Origin: Blepharisma stoltei ATCC 30299
Taxonomy: Eukaryota > Protista > Ciliophora
Length of the DNA stretch: 64,000 nucleotides
Assembly: GCA_965603825.1 (NCBI GenBank)
Contig: CBFDEM010000009.1
Coordinates: forward strand, 461,002-525,001
Reading direction: 5' to 3'
Part shown: positions 24,570 to 37,283 of the stretch, piece by piece
Position numbering within the stretch: position 1 is the first letter of the stretch
How the letters are laid out: the number at the start of each line of letters is the position of its first letter
Program-made: the position numbers and the translations under genes
Notes under the pieces: generated by a model
What the model was told of the DNA's origin: nothing
The model's database searches: none
The model's input: the letters and a program-made list of their open reading frames with translations, nothing else

Positions 24570-25799
24570 ATGCATCTTAAGAATATCAGTCTCCCAGCCT
24601 CATCAGTCTGGGCCCACGACTATGCTTTTAACTTGCATAAGCAAAGACTCAAACTGATAAAGCTTACCCCATCAAATAGGGTTGATAACTCAGAGCCTGC
24701 AACGAAAAGGTTTATGACTTGCAAGCATCGTGGACAAGCGTTCTTTGAAAGCGAAATAAATAAGACCATTCAAATTGATAACCAAAAATTACTTGGAAAA
24801 CTCACATGAATATCAAATAGAAAAAGAGTACAAATCATATAGGCTTTATCAATGACATTTAGAGAGTCCACATCTCCACCTAGAAGTCTCAATTTTGTAT
24901 CAAGAAAACGTGAAGCTGAACGAATTTTGCTAGAAAATCACTCATTTATGAGGAGGTTAAGCGAAAAACCTTCTAGTGTTTCTTTGAATAAGTTTAGGTA
25001 TGAGTATGAGAGAAATATGAAATATAAAGCAAATGCGTCAAAAATGAAGTTTAATGTGCTGGGAAATAAAATAGGCAAAAAAGCAAATTTATTGCCACCT
25101 TTGACTGAGCAGCCAAGAAAACTAAGAAGCATCTCGTTAAAACGCGAGTCTAAGACTGATAGAAGCAATTTATCAATGACTGATAGACGAACTAAAGATG
25201 TGTCAAAAGGAAGCATTTCTCCAAAAGAAACTGCAATAAAACCTGAAAACTACATGCAGAAAGTTATAAAAGAAAAGAAAAGTGAGATAAAAATTGATGA
25301 AAATAAGCAAGAAAATAAGCAAGAAAATGCAGGGATGTTTTTAACAGAAATTACACCCATGCATAAAGAAGAGATAAAACCAATTGAAATTTTTGATGAA
25401 AAATATAATAAACCAATAATAAATGTTGAGGAAAAACAAAAAAATCCTCAAGAAAATCATACAGATGTTATAGAAGACAAAGAAAATTTTGAAACTATTC
25501 AAGAGCCAAAAGAAGAAACCAAAGAAAATTTGGAGATTAATCAAGAGCTAAAACAAGAAACTAAAGAAAATTTAGAAATTAACCTTGAAGAAACTAGTCC
25601 AGAAGAGATACAAGAAAACAATGAAGAAGTCTTTGCTGAAGAAAATAATCCTGAAATAGTAAATGAAGAGCCGCCAATGACTAAAAAAGAAAAAACCCCA
25701 ATCGCCAATGAGTACGCAGAAGTTTCTTCAGAATCTTCTGGCCTAAATAAGCAAGAAGAAAACCTTCCAGCTTCAATTGAAGAAGAAATTGCTTCCTAA
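24570..25799 (+). CDS. CFAP97/KIAA1430-domain ciliary protein with acidic tail
   Basis: HKQRL..RVDNSEP..IQIDNQKLLGKL and SLNFVSRKREAERILLEN motifs, joined through a TGA and the 15-nt intron 24828-24842. Confidence 0.8.
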
Positions 25800-25834
25800 A
25801 ATAATTTTTTATAAAAATTCATATTAAATTCAAA

Positions 25835-26707
25835 ATGCTCGAATCTCTATCTAAAAATCAAGAAATTCACTCTTTTCTCAAACTCTACCCAAAAGCACAA
25901 TGAAACCAATGTCTAGAAGCAATAATCGTCTATGGAGTCCAAACCCTTCAAAAAAAATACCCTTACGGCCTCTCTTATCAGTTACTTCTCTCCATCACAG
26001 GCCTCGATTTGCAGCTTGAGCGGAATCATTCCCACTCAAACCTCCGCACAAATTCAGAAAAATCCAAAAAAGAGCCAAAAACTCAGGATTCTACCAAAAA
26101 AAAGCGCCCTGAGTCTTCCAAAGTCCTTAAATCAAGCTCATCCAGGCCATCTTTATACCCAAATTCCAAGAGAAACTACCAAGAAGTCCCATCCAAAATA
26201 AAAGAAGACGTAAATAAAGATATTGCTATATATAAGTATAAGATGGAAGTATCAAGGACTTCTCTAAAAGGCAGAAATGAGAGTGAAGACCGGAGAAGTT
26301 CAGGAATCCAAACAGACAGAAGCTATGGAAAAGAAGAACAGACCCCCAGCTGGGAAAATAAAAGCCTTTACAATGAGCAAAACAGCCATAAGAGTAAAAT
26401 ACAAATTTCTGAAAAAATCAAAGAGCCCAAAACAGTTGCATTAGAAACAGCAAAAAATCTGTTTAGATATGTCCACCCTACAAAAGAAGCCAAATATAAA
26501 GAAATTCCAGCAGAAAAAACAGAAAATAAAGTGCTTAAAATTGCTGACCAATTTTTGAAAAACCCAGTTACAAGCTACTTGGCTAAAAACCAAGGGATGT
26601 TTTCAGTCCCTCACTCCCCGAAGTTTTTAGAAAGGCTGATGTCTCCTGAAAGTAACTTATTATCAAGCGTAGAAATGCTGAGTCCTACATATTATATGGA
26701 CACTTAA
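25835..26707 (+). CDS. Hypothetical protein (290 aa)
   Basis: ATG 25835 (MLESLSKNQEIHSFLKLYPKAQ[W]NQCLEAIIVYG) is in frame with ORF 26009-26707. Confidence 0.75.
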
Positions 26708-26750
26708 AATTAATTAAGCCTTACAATTCCATAAATTTTAATCATAATAA

Positions 26751-27740
26751 ATGAATAAAATAGCTAGCAGGAGATGGCTTCATGTACTTGGCCCAGCTCA
26801 GCACAATTTAGGCTTCATAATTGTCCCACAGCAAGAAGCTATCGTCATAGAGAGACTAGGCAAGTTCCGCACAATCCTCAGCCCAGGCTTAAACGTCTTA
26901 ATCCCTTTTCTCGATAAAATCATGTATCGTCACTCTCTCAAAGAAGAAGTCTACCAAATTTCGTCACAGATGGCAATCACAAAGGACAATGTTACTATAA
27001 ACCTTGACGGGGTTTTGTATTTAAAAATTATAGACCCTTATAAAGCGTCGTATGGTGTCGGAGACCCAGTTGAGGCCATGAAACAACTGGCGCAGACCAC
27101 TATGAGGTCAGAATTAGGGAAACTTACATTAGATAGGACTTTTGAAGAAAGGGAAACATTGAATAACGCAATTGTGGACGCTATCAATGAAGCTGCAACT
27201 GAATGGGGGATTAAGTGTATGAGATATGAAATCAGGGATATTACAACCCCAGCGAATATTAAAAAAGCTATGGAACTTCAAGCAGAAGCAGAAAGGCAAA
27301 AAAGAGCTGACATTTTGACCTCAGAAGGTAAAAAGCAAGCTGATATAAACTTAGCTGAAGGGTATAGACAGTCATCTATATTAAAAGCTGAAGGAGAAGC
27401 CAAAGCAATTATAACGAAAGCTAATGCTACTGGAGAAGGGATCAGGCTACTGAGGTTAAGTATATTGGAAGAAGGAGGTGATGATGCTGTAAAATTAAGA
27501 TTAGCGGAAAAATATATTGAGGCTTTTAATGGGATGGCCAAAAAGAACAATACTATGATCGTGCCAAGTGAGTCTGGAAATGTAGCAGGGACAGTCGCAC
27601 AAGCATTGGGGGTGTATTCACAGATGGGAGGAAGAGCTAATAAAGAAGCAGCAACAAAAGCTGCGAAAAATGTGAAAACAACGCAGTTCAATGATCCGAT
27701 TTTAGACAGCAGTGCAACTGAAGAAGAAAAGCCTAACTAA
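26751..27740 (+). CDS. STOML2: Stomatin-like protein 2 (SPFH/Band 7)
   Basis: IVPQQEAIVIERLGKF, AITKDNVTINLDGVLY, QLAQTTMRSELGKL, WGIKCMRYEIRDI, QAEAERQKRA. Confidence 0.95.
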   Translation: MNKIASRRWLHVLGPAQHNLGFIIVPQQEAIVIERLGKFRTILSPGLNVLIPFLDKIMYRHSLKEEVYQISSQMAITKDNVTINLDGVLYLKIIDPYKASYGVGDPVEAMKQLAQTTMRSELGKLTLDRTFEERETLNNAIVDAINEAATEWGIKCMRYEIRDITTPANIKKAMELQAEAERQKRADILTSEGKKQADINLAEGYRQSSILKAEGEAKAIITKANATGEGIRLLRLSILEEGGDDAVKLRLAEKYIEAFNGMAKKNNTMIVPSESGNVAGTVAQALGVYSQMGGRANKEAATKAAKNVKTTQFNDPILDSSATEEEKPN

Positions 27741-28110
27741 ATTATTCTACTTAGTTAGTTCTAATCTAAAGATTTCAGAGTCGAATTTTAGTGGAGCACT
27801 AGCTCGGTATGTAAGAATTAGCATTTCTTTGCGAGCATGGCTTATGAAAAGATAAACTTTCTAATGTAGAAGAAGTCCTAATGGGTTAGAGGTAGTTTTA
27901 ATTATATCTGAGCCTTATTAATGACTCAAAAATCTCTACAGAAGTATTGATAAATGCAGAACTAGATCTCAATAATAGATAAAATCTGCTTTTCTGCCTT
28001 TAGGAAAAATCTAGCAAATATCAGGCCAGCCTGAGACAGGTCGAAGTTAGTATAAACTTTTCTAATTTAATATAACTTGACATATTTATACTTGGGATTC
28101 TACAATAAAT

Positions 28111-29598
28111 ATGAGTGGCATTTTAGAACTTAGTTTCTGTATCTTGGCTTGAATAACGAATGCCTGAGATGCTGTATTCTCAAAGATCTTAAAATTTCCA
28201 AAGAGGTCATGAGCTATAAGTTTGTTTGCCGCATCTCCTATTGCTGCTTATTTTATGTATTCTAAACTAAAAAAAGTCTCTCAAAATCATCAAAGAAAAG
28301 AAGAATATATACCATACTGAGTTTTATATAATTTATTAAACAGAAAAAGTCTCTTTAATGACTTCAACTTATATCAAATAACTACCAGTGAAGAAGAGTC
28401 TGAGAATCTTAAAAGAGAGCTAAAAAATGATTTCGAAGTCATTTCTTCGCCCCCTATTCATATAAAAAAGCCAGGAAGTGAAGATATAGTCCAAGTAGAA
28501 AATAGAGAAGGATTTAAAATAAAAGAAGATAAATACCCAATCTTTATTTGCTGGGAAATTGCGAGGTCTGCGTTAAGTTATTTGAAAACTGATATTTTAC
28601 TCCCAAATAAGCCAGGAGTTATTATTCCATTTTATAAACATAATCAAGGATTCAGGAAAGAATCCAAAGAAGAGCAAGGTGTGTTGTGCATTGAGTCAAA
28701 TTTAGATTCCAAGCATGAAATTATTACAGAAATAAAAAATTGGGCAAAAAATAAGAACCGTCCAGCAGAATTCATAAAACCTCTAGGACTGCCTAATATT
28801 GGAGATACTTGCTATATGAATGCTTTAATTCAAGCATTATCTATCATGCCGCAATTTGATTCAGTCCTTTCTTCGCTTAACTCATCCTTATTTGCATCTC
28901 TTGCAGAAATTCTCACAGCATTGAAAGCGAGAAATAAAAATTTTGATTACAGAAAATATTTGACAGAATTTCAAAGCAAAATTATTGAGAAATTTCATAT
29001 GGTATCATTTATTTAGTTTTTCGCCCATGCTCAGCATGATACTAAAGAGTTATTTAATGTTCTCATTGATGAAATAGTGTCAAATTTTGAAGAGCACCAA
29101 GATAAATTTACAATTTTCACCACAAAAAAGTTCTATTGCATAAAAGGCCATGATCCAGCAGAGAATAAGGAAAGTCAGTTATTTTTAGTAATTCCTGAAA
29201 ATTCTCTTGAGGATATTGATGCTCATGTAAGAAGGGATCATTATTTTAAGGACAAAAATCAAACTTGGTGTGATACTTGTGGGAATATGAGAGATACGGA
29301 ATTAAAAGTTGAGAGCGTGAAATATCCTTTGAATCTAACTATTTATGTTCCTGGGAATGGAGTGATTCGGGAGCCAAATCATAAAATTACACTGGATAAT
29401 GAAAAATATTATTTATATGCAGTTATTTGTCATTCAGGAAGTAATTTATTTGGTCATTATTGGGCACATTTACTTATAGATGGCAAATGGATTGAATGCA
29501 ATGACAGTATTGTTCGGGAAAAATCACCAGATTTATCAAGCTGTTATATGCTTTTTTATTCTAAAGAGTTAATTAAGCCTCACAATAAACTTTCATAA
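28111..29598 (+). CDS. Ubiquitin-specific protease (USP/C19) with hydrophobic N-terminus
   Basis: ATG 28111 is open with TGA=Trp. Cys box GLPNIGDTCYMNALIQ, intron 29002-29016, QHDTKE, His box HSGSNLFGHYWA, WIECNDS. Confidence 0.88.
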
Positions 29599-30104
29599 AA
29601 TTTAGAGTTTTATTAATATATAGAATTATATAGGAATCAAGATTGATAGAGCTGAAATCTGCCAGCCAAAATTTGAAACTTTTCTTATTAAATTTTGAAT
29701 TAATATTGCGGCTTGTCTTTTGAGCAGAAATTTGGCTTTAGCGATTTAACTAAAATATTGGTCCGAGTTAAGGATAAATTCCCTAGATTAAGCTAGCAAA
29801 ATTAAGCAATTATCCATGATAATTTTGCTACGAATATATAAAATTATTTTAAAATATAAGTAGTTTTCTATAGAGACTTCAAGATTAATTCAATATAAAC
29901 TTAAACTGAAATTGTAATTGTAATTGTAATTGTAATCTATATTGAAAATTAATAATTTTAGAAAAATTTACAACGGAAATTACAATACTAAAGCACCAAA
30001 AGTTGTTTCTATGTACAAAGACAATAGTAAATTTAAGGATTATTTGTTTAAATAGTCAAGAGCAGATTTTAGATAATCCAATAAATTTGTAGATTTCAAT
30101 AAAT

Positions 30105-31089
30105 ATGGGCATCATCTCTCCTGTCTTTCGCGACAATGATTATGATTATCCAACCTCACAACGAAAAGGGATTCCAAACATTGGAAATACTTGCTATATG
30201 AATTCTGTCGTCCAAGTATTAGCAAGCACTCCTAATTTCTTATAATAAATTGGAAAAATTATTTCCTTCTTTGATGTACCAATTTCTAATCCACATAAAT
30301 TCAATAAAACACCAACACAGAAAAACTTGGCCATGGAAGAGATTTTACAATTTTTTTCCGAAAAATATAGCAAACTTAGAAAATACAACAAAACCTGAAT
30401 TAGTTTCTTTAAAAAATCTTATACAAGGCTTGAATATAAGCGACAGCTCATCAAACTTATCAGATTTGGTGGTTGATTTTAAAAATGAGATTTCCAAATC
30501 ATACCCAATGGTAATTTTAAAATAGTTTAGAGGTGCTCAAGAAAATGACGCAATAGAATTGCTAGTAATCATACTATCCATGCTAGATGAAAATGAAATG
30601 GTAAAAAACCCATTCAATATCATTTACAACAGAGTATTTAAATGTGAAAATAAACATAAATTTCTTAAAAAAGAAGAAACAAATTTAATCCTGATTCCAA
30701 AGGGAGCCGGCATTCAAGCACACCTGAAAAATGTTAAAAAAGAAGAAGAGTTCATAGGAGACAATAAGCTCTATTGTGAAGAATGCAAAGAAAATAAAGA
30801 TATTATTCTTAAGACAGAAAGAATTGTGTGCCCAAAGATCTTGATTCTTTATATTGCTAATGATGAGAATCACCAAAATAATACTAAATGTGTGAAAAAA
30901 GTTACATTTGGGGAGAATTTGTACTTGATGTATGCTGTTATATGCTATGACTCAACAATTCCGCATTTTTATGCATATGAAAGGATTGGAAAGAAATCTT
31001 GGTGCGAATATAATGATAATTATACAAGTATATCAGATAGTTTTCCTGAGGAAAAAGCTTATCTTTTGTTCTATCGATTAAAAGATTAA
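30105..31089 (+). pseudogene. USP gene interrupted by a 127-bp TA-bounded insertion; otherwise intact
   Basis: Cys box GIPNIGNTCYMNS, then TAA at 30243. Deleting 30243-30369 restores the frame. Family intron 30511-30525 and His box PHFYAY..YNDN are present. Confidence 0.8.
30241..30369. mobile_element. IES-like TA-bounded insertion (127 bp between TA repeats)
   Basis: Begins TATAATAAATTGGAAAAATT and ends AATTTTTTTCCGAAAAATATA. Excision leaving one TA gives TTC TTA GCA AAC (TPNFLANL), collinear with paralogs. Confidence 0.65.
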
Positions 31090-31214
31090 AATTTTATAAT
31101 ATAACGATTTCTGAGTTAGCAAGTTTATTATTATAATTGCAATATTATTATATATAAGTTAAAATTTTATTTATAGTCAAATAATTTTCAGTCTTAGTCT
31201 ATAAGTTGATATAA

Positions 31215-32200
31215 ATTTAGGCACAGCATCACTTTTACTTATAAAAAAGCATATAGGCAGATCATAATCAGGATCTTCTTCATCAACAAAAGAGTCATTA
31301 TATTTGGTCCATCTTTTATCATCTGCATTTAAAGTAAAAGCAATATAATAATCATGCTTCCACTACCATAATAGCATATAACTACAAATAAGTCATACTC
31401 TTATATAAGTCTTTGGAACTCTCCCTTGATTTGAAGTATCCGCAGCATAAAACACCAAATATTCAGGAGGTCCAGGCTATAGCTATTATTTAGTGCTATC
31501 TGCATAATCGCACTAACAAAATATTCATTCCAATTTTGGTTTCTTTTCTTTTATATTTTTTATGCATTTTTCTGAGTTCAGTTTGCTATTCTGAGGTATT
31601 ATTAAAACTAACTGTTGATCTTCCTTTATCATCTTTCACAGATAAATAGATTAATTTATTGTATCAAGAAGAAACTTTGTTCTGCACATGTCTGAAAAAA
31701 ATTCGTCAATTAAAATATTGTAAAATTCTTTGCATTAAAGATAATTATTGTAATAAATTTAAATAGCTCAAGAAATTCGCTTTCTTACTATTTTTCATTT
31801 ATATCTAAGGGATTTCAGTGTAGAAATTTAATTAGATAAATTCTTTGCAATCAATTAGAGCTATAGTTCTAAGCTATATACAATTTACCATTGGATATTT
31901 TTGCTTAAGCGTATTAATTAAGCCTTCAAGATAGTGCTTAAATCTCCTAGGATCCCATTGATAAAATGAGATTAAAAATTTTTGATAAGCATTTAAAAAA
32001 ATTGCTGCTTGATTTTGATACGATGCCTACCAATTTTGGAATACATCCGAGAACTTGAATAGCTGAATTTAAATATCAATTTGAATAATTAATGATTCCA
32101 GCATAGTTTAATCTGCATATTTTCTCTTCTCTAATAATTTTGGGATTCTCTGGGAGAGAGTGAAATATCATTATTATAGCTCGTAAATGATTATAATTCC
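31215..32200 (-). pseudogene. Degraded USP copy of 32776-33891
   Basis: Long nucleotide matches to the adjacent USP (e.g. gatcataatcaggatcttcttcatcaacaaaag, tctttggaactctcccttgatttgaagtatc) with deletions, frameshifts, a mutated Cys box and an intron relic at 31874-31888. Boundaries are approximate. Confidence 0.85.
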
Positions 32201-32775
32201 CTATAGGAATATGCCCCTTATCACGAGAAGCATTTCTGCTTAGATATTAAGCATTATTGATAGATTTAGCAAAAAAAATGATTTTGTAGATCATTTTGAC
32301 ATTTCAAGCATCTGAAATGCTTTAACTTCTTAACGCAGGTAGAGCTATAAAGATAAGACGCTATATTATTTATTCTGCTAAAATAGTATTATAATAATTT
32401 TTTTTAATAGCTCAAGATTAGCATTTTAATCTTAACCAGAGCTCTTAATTTTATGGTATTTTATTTATATTTTCATTTAAAAAACAAATTTAAAAAAACT
32501 CTCCGTGAGCTCTGCTTTAACATATCCTTGTTTTCCTAAGATTTCAATGCTATCCCCAAGATTTCAACCCCCTATTAAATTATAAACCTTTTTAATATTA
32601 TGAGCTTTGAGTAATAAGAAAGTCTTTATAATATATTAGTATTATATATAAGCTTATATTTTATTTAATTTCAGTGCTTAGAGCTATTTTGATTAATTCT
32701 TTTAAATTTAGCCTATTCCAAACTCAAGATAATTAAATTGATATATAGCATTCAATAGTTTTTTAAGTATAAATT

Positions 32776-33891
32776 TTAGCTTAATATTCTCTGCTTATAA
32801 AAAAGCATATAGGCGTGATCATAATCAGGATCTTCTTCATCAACAAAAGCGTCATTATATTTAATCCATTTTGCAACAGCATTCAGGGTAAAAGCAATAT
32901 AATGGCCAAAGCTTCCACTGCCATAATAGCATATGACTCCAAACAAGTCATAGTCGTTTCCTTCAGCTCTTATATAGGTCTTTGGAACTCTCCCTTGATT
33001 TGAAGTATCTATAACATAAAATACCAAATATTCAGGCAGATTCAAGCTTTCTGTTATCATGCGAGTCTTAATTATTTCCCCACATTCATTACAAAATAAT
33101 TCATCTTCAAATTTCTTTTCTTTTATATCTTGTATGCATTTTTCTGAGTCCAACTTGTTATTCGGAGGTATTATTAAAAACAACTGTTCCTCTTCCTTTT
33201 GCATCTTGTGACCTTTGCCACAGATAAATAGATTAACTTTTTTTATCAAGAAGAAATTGTGTTCCTCACATGTACCAAAAAATTCGTCAATTAAAATATT
33301 GTAAAGTTCTTTGCAATCATTTTGAGCCTTTATCTTAAACTAAATAAAAACTACGTCAGGATTTTTATTTCTAAGTCCATTAAGTAAGGCCTCTATCTGA
33401 GACTTACTAATACTAGAACGCTGATTTGATAAAACGAGGTTAATAATTTGAGATAAACATTTAAATATGTCGTCTTTTGATTTTGATATAAGATCCACAA
33501 ATTTTGGAATGCACGCAAGTGTTTGAATAGTTGAGTTTAAGTAGCAGGTATTTCCATAATTAGGGATCCCAGCATTGTGAATAAATGCAATTTTTTCATT
33601 TCATCTTTTGGGATTGGAATGCTTACTAACTTCATAGCTAGGACTCCCAGAATTATTAATTGGGTTGCCTTGTGGGGATCTTTCTTCATTCAAATTAGGA
33701 GCGATAAGTTGGCCTTCTTGATTCCGTCCTTCCTGAACAAAAGGTTGACTTTCTTCAGTTGTTGAATGATATCCGCTGCTATTGCTGCTTCGTTTTACAT
33801 ATCGTATCACTATAAGGATAAGTACTACGAGCACAAAGCAGAATACAAGCCCACCCCCAACAATCAGTATTATTTTGACTAAATCATCCAT
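32776..33891 (-). CDS. Membrane-anchored USP protease
   Basis: N-terminal TM (IILIVGGGLVFCFVLVVLILIVI), TGA=Trp at 33601-33603, GIPNYGNTCYLNS, intron 33340-33354, QNDCKE, FGHYIA, YNDA. Confidence 0.9.
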
Positions 33892-34734
33892 TTAAAATAT
33901 AATTTAAAATATGCGTTTATTTAGAATTTATCTTGAATTATAAATTACCACATGAGGATTAAATTAGAGCTATAAATAAATGAATAGCTTGAAATGAATC
34001 TTGATTATTGCATTTTTCGGTATATATAATGCACATAATTTAATAAAGTCAAACCAAAATTAGCAATTTACTTAAAGTATAAAAAGTTGACATTTATTAA
34101 GTTCAATTTTCTAATAAGCTTCATTTAGTTGTAAATTAAATAATTATGGAATTTTTCGAAACAAATAACTATTGAATTTCTTATGTTTAAAAAAAATCAA
34201 TTCTGTAGAATCTTAATTTTCACTTTTAATTTTATCTTTAATCAATTTTTTAAATATGTCTAAGGTATAAAATTATTTGAACTTGCTCAAATGATTGATA
34301 AAAACTATAAATTATATTAGTTAGATTTATAAACGAAATTTTTACATTAAAATATGAAATCAGGCTCTATATAAATGGTTTTCAGAAAATATATTGCCTT
34401 ATTTATGCTATTTTGAAAGAAAATACTTAGAAGAGTAAATGATCTTGAAGAATTGCATTATCAATAAAACTAAATTTATAGAAATGGAAATCAATATTCA
34501 AAATAAATATGCCACATTTTCAAGTTTCCATCTAAGGTGCTTATTCTGGTTGATTGCGATTTTCCTATGATATCTTTATTGCTCAGAAGATATTTTATAG
34601 ATTCTTGCATTTTATTTTAAACAACTTTCAAATTATTCAAAAATCTTTATAGAATGCTTAATTTCTTGCATTAAATTCAAAAGGAAACAACAATAGTATT
34701 AAAAATGTTTATAGTTTGCTCAGCCAATATAAAA

Positions 34735-35285
34735 AAATAGGAATTCCCAATTATGGAAATACCTACTATTAGGCAATGATGAATAGGATGAGAAGTAAAA
34801 ATGGAATTTGAAAATTGCAAATAGATTTAAAAAGAATTGCTAGATTATATTCGATTTAAAGTAATAGCATTCATGGCTTGAAGCAATTTATTTTTCATAA
34901 TTTTGAATTAATATAAACAAATCTCCTCAACTGATTGTAATATAGCCATGCCTATGATAAAATAGGATATCTCAGATGAATTAAATTGATCAGCGAAGGA
35001 TAAAATATTTGATGAGCTGTATTGTCAAGAATGTGACAGTCTAAGAAAATAATCTCTTCATGTAAATTCTGTTGAGTTTCCTTTTGGCTTGATATTCTAT
35101 AAGCTGAATAGCAAATAAAATATGAGAAGAGCATCTTAAAAATTAGAAACTCTTTGAGGAGAATATTGCTATGCGAGCATTATCTGGCAATACGCGTGCT
35201 CAAGAAATTTGGTATAAATGCGATAATCCTTATTTGAAAACGAGAATTTTATTATAAAGCAGACTATCTTTTTATTTTATTAAAA
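34735..35285 (+). pseudogene. Highly degraded USP relic
   Basis: ggaattcccaattatggaaatacctactat (GIPNYGNTYY) near 34740, and tggtataaatgcgat..gactatcttttattttat near 35210-35280 resembling the 3' end of 41442-43010. Confidence 0.6.
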
Positions 35286-35491
35286 GCAATAGCAGCTGTA
35301 TTTTAATTATTTAATAAAATAATTTTTTAGATTGATTAAGACAAATAACTGCTATAATTAATTTTCAAACAAATAAGTGTTTATTTCTAATGATCATCTA
35401 ATTATGATAAGTGCATTGCAAATGCTGTATATTATGTTTAAAGAGGATCAAATAATCAGTCACCATTTTATAGATTCTATAAATTTCACTC

Positions 35492-36601
35492 ATGGACTAT
35501 ATAAAAATGCAACAAGAAAGAGAGCAGAGGAGAAGTCAAAACTGCTGCAATAAATTTTTATTATGTCTCGCATACCTTATATCACGGTTGCGCATTTGCT
35601 GCAGATGGACATGCTATTGAGTAAAAAGATACTGCAGAGGGATATGTGATTTCATATTATGTCTAATATTTTGCAGGGTTAAGAAGCAGAAAGATTCCGA
35701 TAGCGATGGCCAAATAGAAAACCCAAACTATTTCAGGGGAGAAAAAAGCTTAAATTACTTCCATAAAGATGAAAGCGTAAATAATTTTAGCAAAAAAGCA
35801 AATTACCCCAGAAAATTAGGAATCCCAAATTATGGAAACATTTGCTATTTGAACTCAGTTCTACAGGTTTTAGCAAGTACCCCAGAATTTTCCAATTGTT
35901 TAAGCCAAGATTCCGAGATTTCAGGAACTTTATTGAAGATTGTCACCATGATAAATAATCGCTCAGAAACTAATTTTAAGCCAGATATTGATAGATTTTT
36001 AAAAATTATTTATCAAGAAGATCCAAAGGTATTTTCTATACAGTTTGTTTTAGGCAAGCAAAACGACAGTAAAGAAATATTCGCGATTATAATAGATGAA
36101 TGCGCAGAAATTAATAAAAATCTGAAAGATTTATTTTTTATTAGGCAAGATAAAACATTTATTTGCGAACGAAATCATCAAGAAAAAATAGTAGAGGAGA
36201 ATCCATTTTTAGTAGTCCTGAGAAATTTCGACAAAGGTATTAGTAGCTTTATAGATTCTTTGGAACGGACAATCTATTTTAGAGATAGCAATAAAATATA
36301 CTGCAATACCTGCGCAGAATTAAAGGATACTAGTATCACTACAGAGTATAATTTTCCGAAGATTTTAGTTTTTTATTTTGCTGGTGACACCCCAAAGAAA
36401 AGGAGAATTGAGGACTTTGAGTCAATTAAAGGTAAAAATTATGAGCTTTATGGAATGATTTGTTTTTATCCGTCCTATCGCCATTATGTAGCTTTTACAT
36501 TAGATAGTGGAATATGGAGGAAGTATAACGATGAATCTGTGTCTGAGAAGGGGCCTGATTATAATTATGCTTATATGGCATTTTATAGGCTTTTAAAATA
36601 A
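35492..36601 (+). CDS. USP protease with Cys-rich N-terminal extension
   Basis: ATG 35492 is in frame with ORF 35849. CC motifs in the leader, GIPNYGNICYLNS, stop-free intron 36029-36043 (gtattttctatacag), QNDSKE, RHYVA, YNDE. Confidence 0.88.
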
Positions 36602-37283
36602 ATTAGAAAAGATTTAATAAACGTTTTATCAGTGCAATAAATATTTAATAATTATTTTGAGCTGTCAATAATTATTAGGCAATTAAACTATAAGCATTAG
36701 CCTTTTGTTTTTTTCTTTATCTGAGCAAATTATAATATTGGTTTTTGAGCGTAATAAGTTTATTTTTGCATTATTTTCATCAAAAAAGCTTTTAGCGCTT
36801 GAATATCTTATTCAGATACTGAAATATTCCTGATTGAAAAGTCTAATCTCGACAGAAATTTATTTCAGAGAATTTTTAAGGGCAATTATCTGCAATCGAA
36901 TTGCTAATATACAAATAAATAGTCACAAAAAATCAGTGGTGCTATGATCATACAAAGCTAGCGCGCAATAATGCATAAACTATCTTAAAATAGTGTATTT
37001 GTTTAACTGTTTTTGTCAATTTTAAAGCATTATTTTCACAATTTTTTGGTTTTCAGAGTTAAATGTTTAATCCTGGGCCACATTTAGTATAAAAAGTCTA
37101 GATTTTTAAATAGCTGATTAAATTTTTTCCTTGCAGGCTATGCATTCAAAGGGTATCTGCATTTTTTAATGCAAAGCTGTCTAGAATCCTCAGATAAATA
37201 TGATAACATCTTTATCGTTTTGATAACTTTTGGCTGCATACACTAAATAATAAGCTTCCATTTTTAGGATTCTATAAATTTAT

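Noticed and set aside
29910-29936. (ATTGTA)4 microsatellite
   Set aside because: A short simple repeat in AT-rich intergenic DNA with no sign of function.
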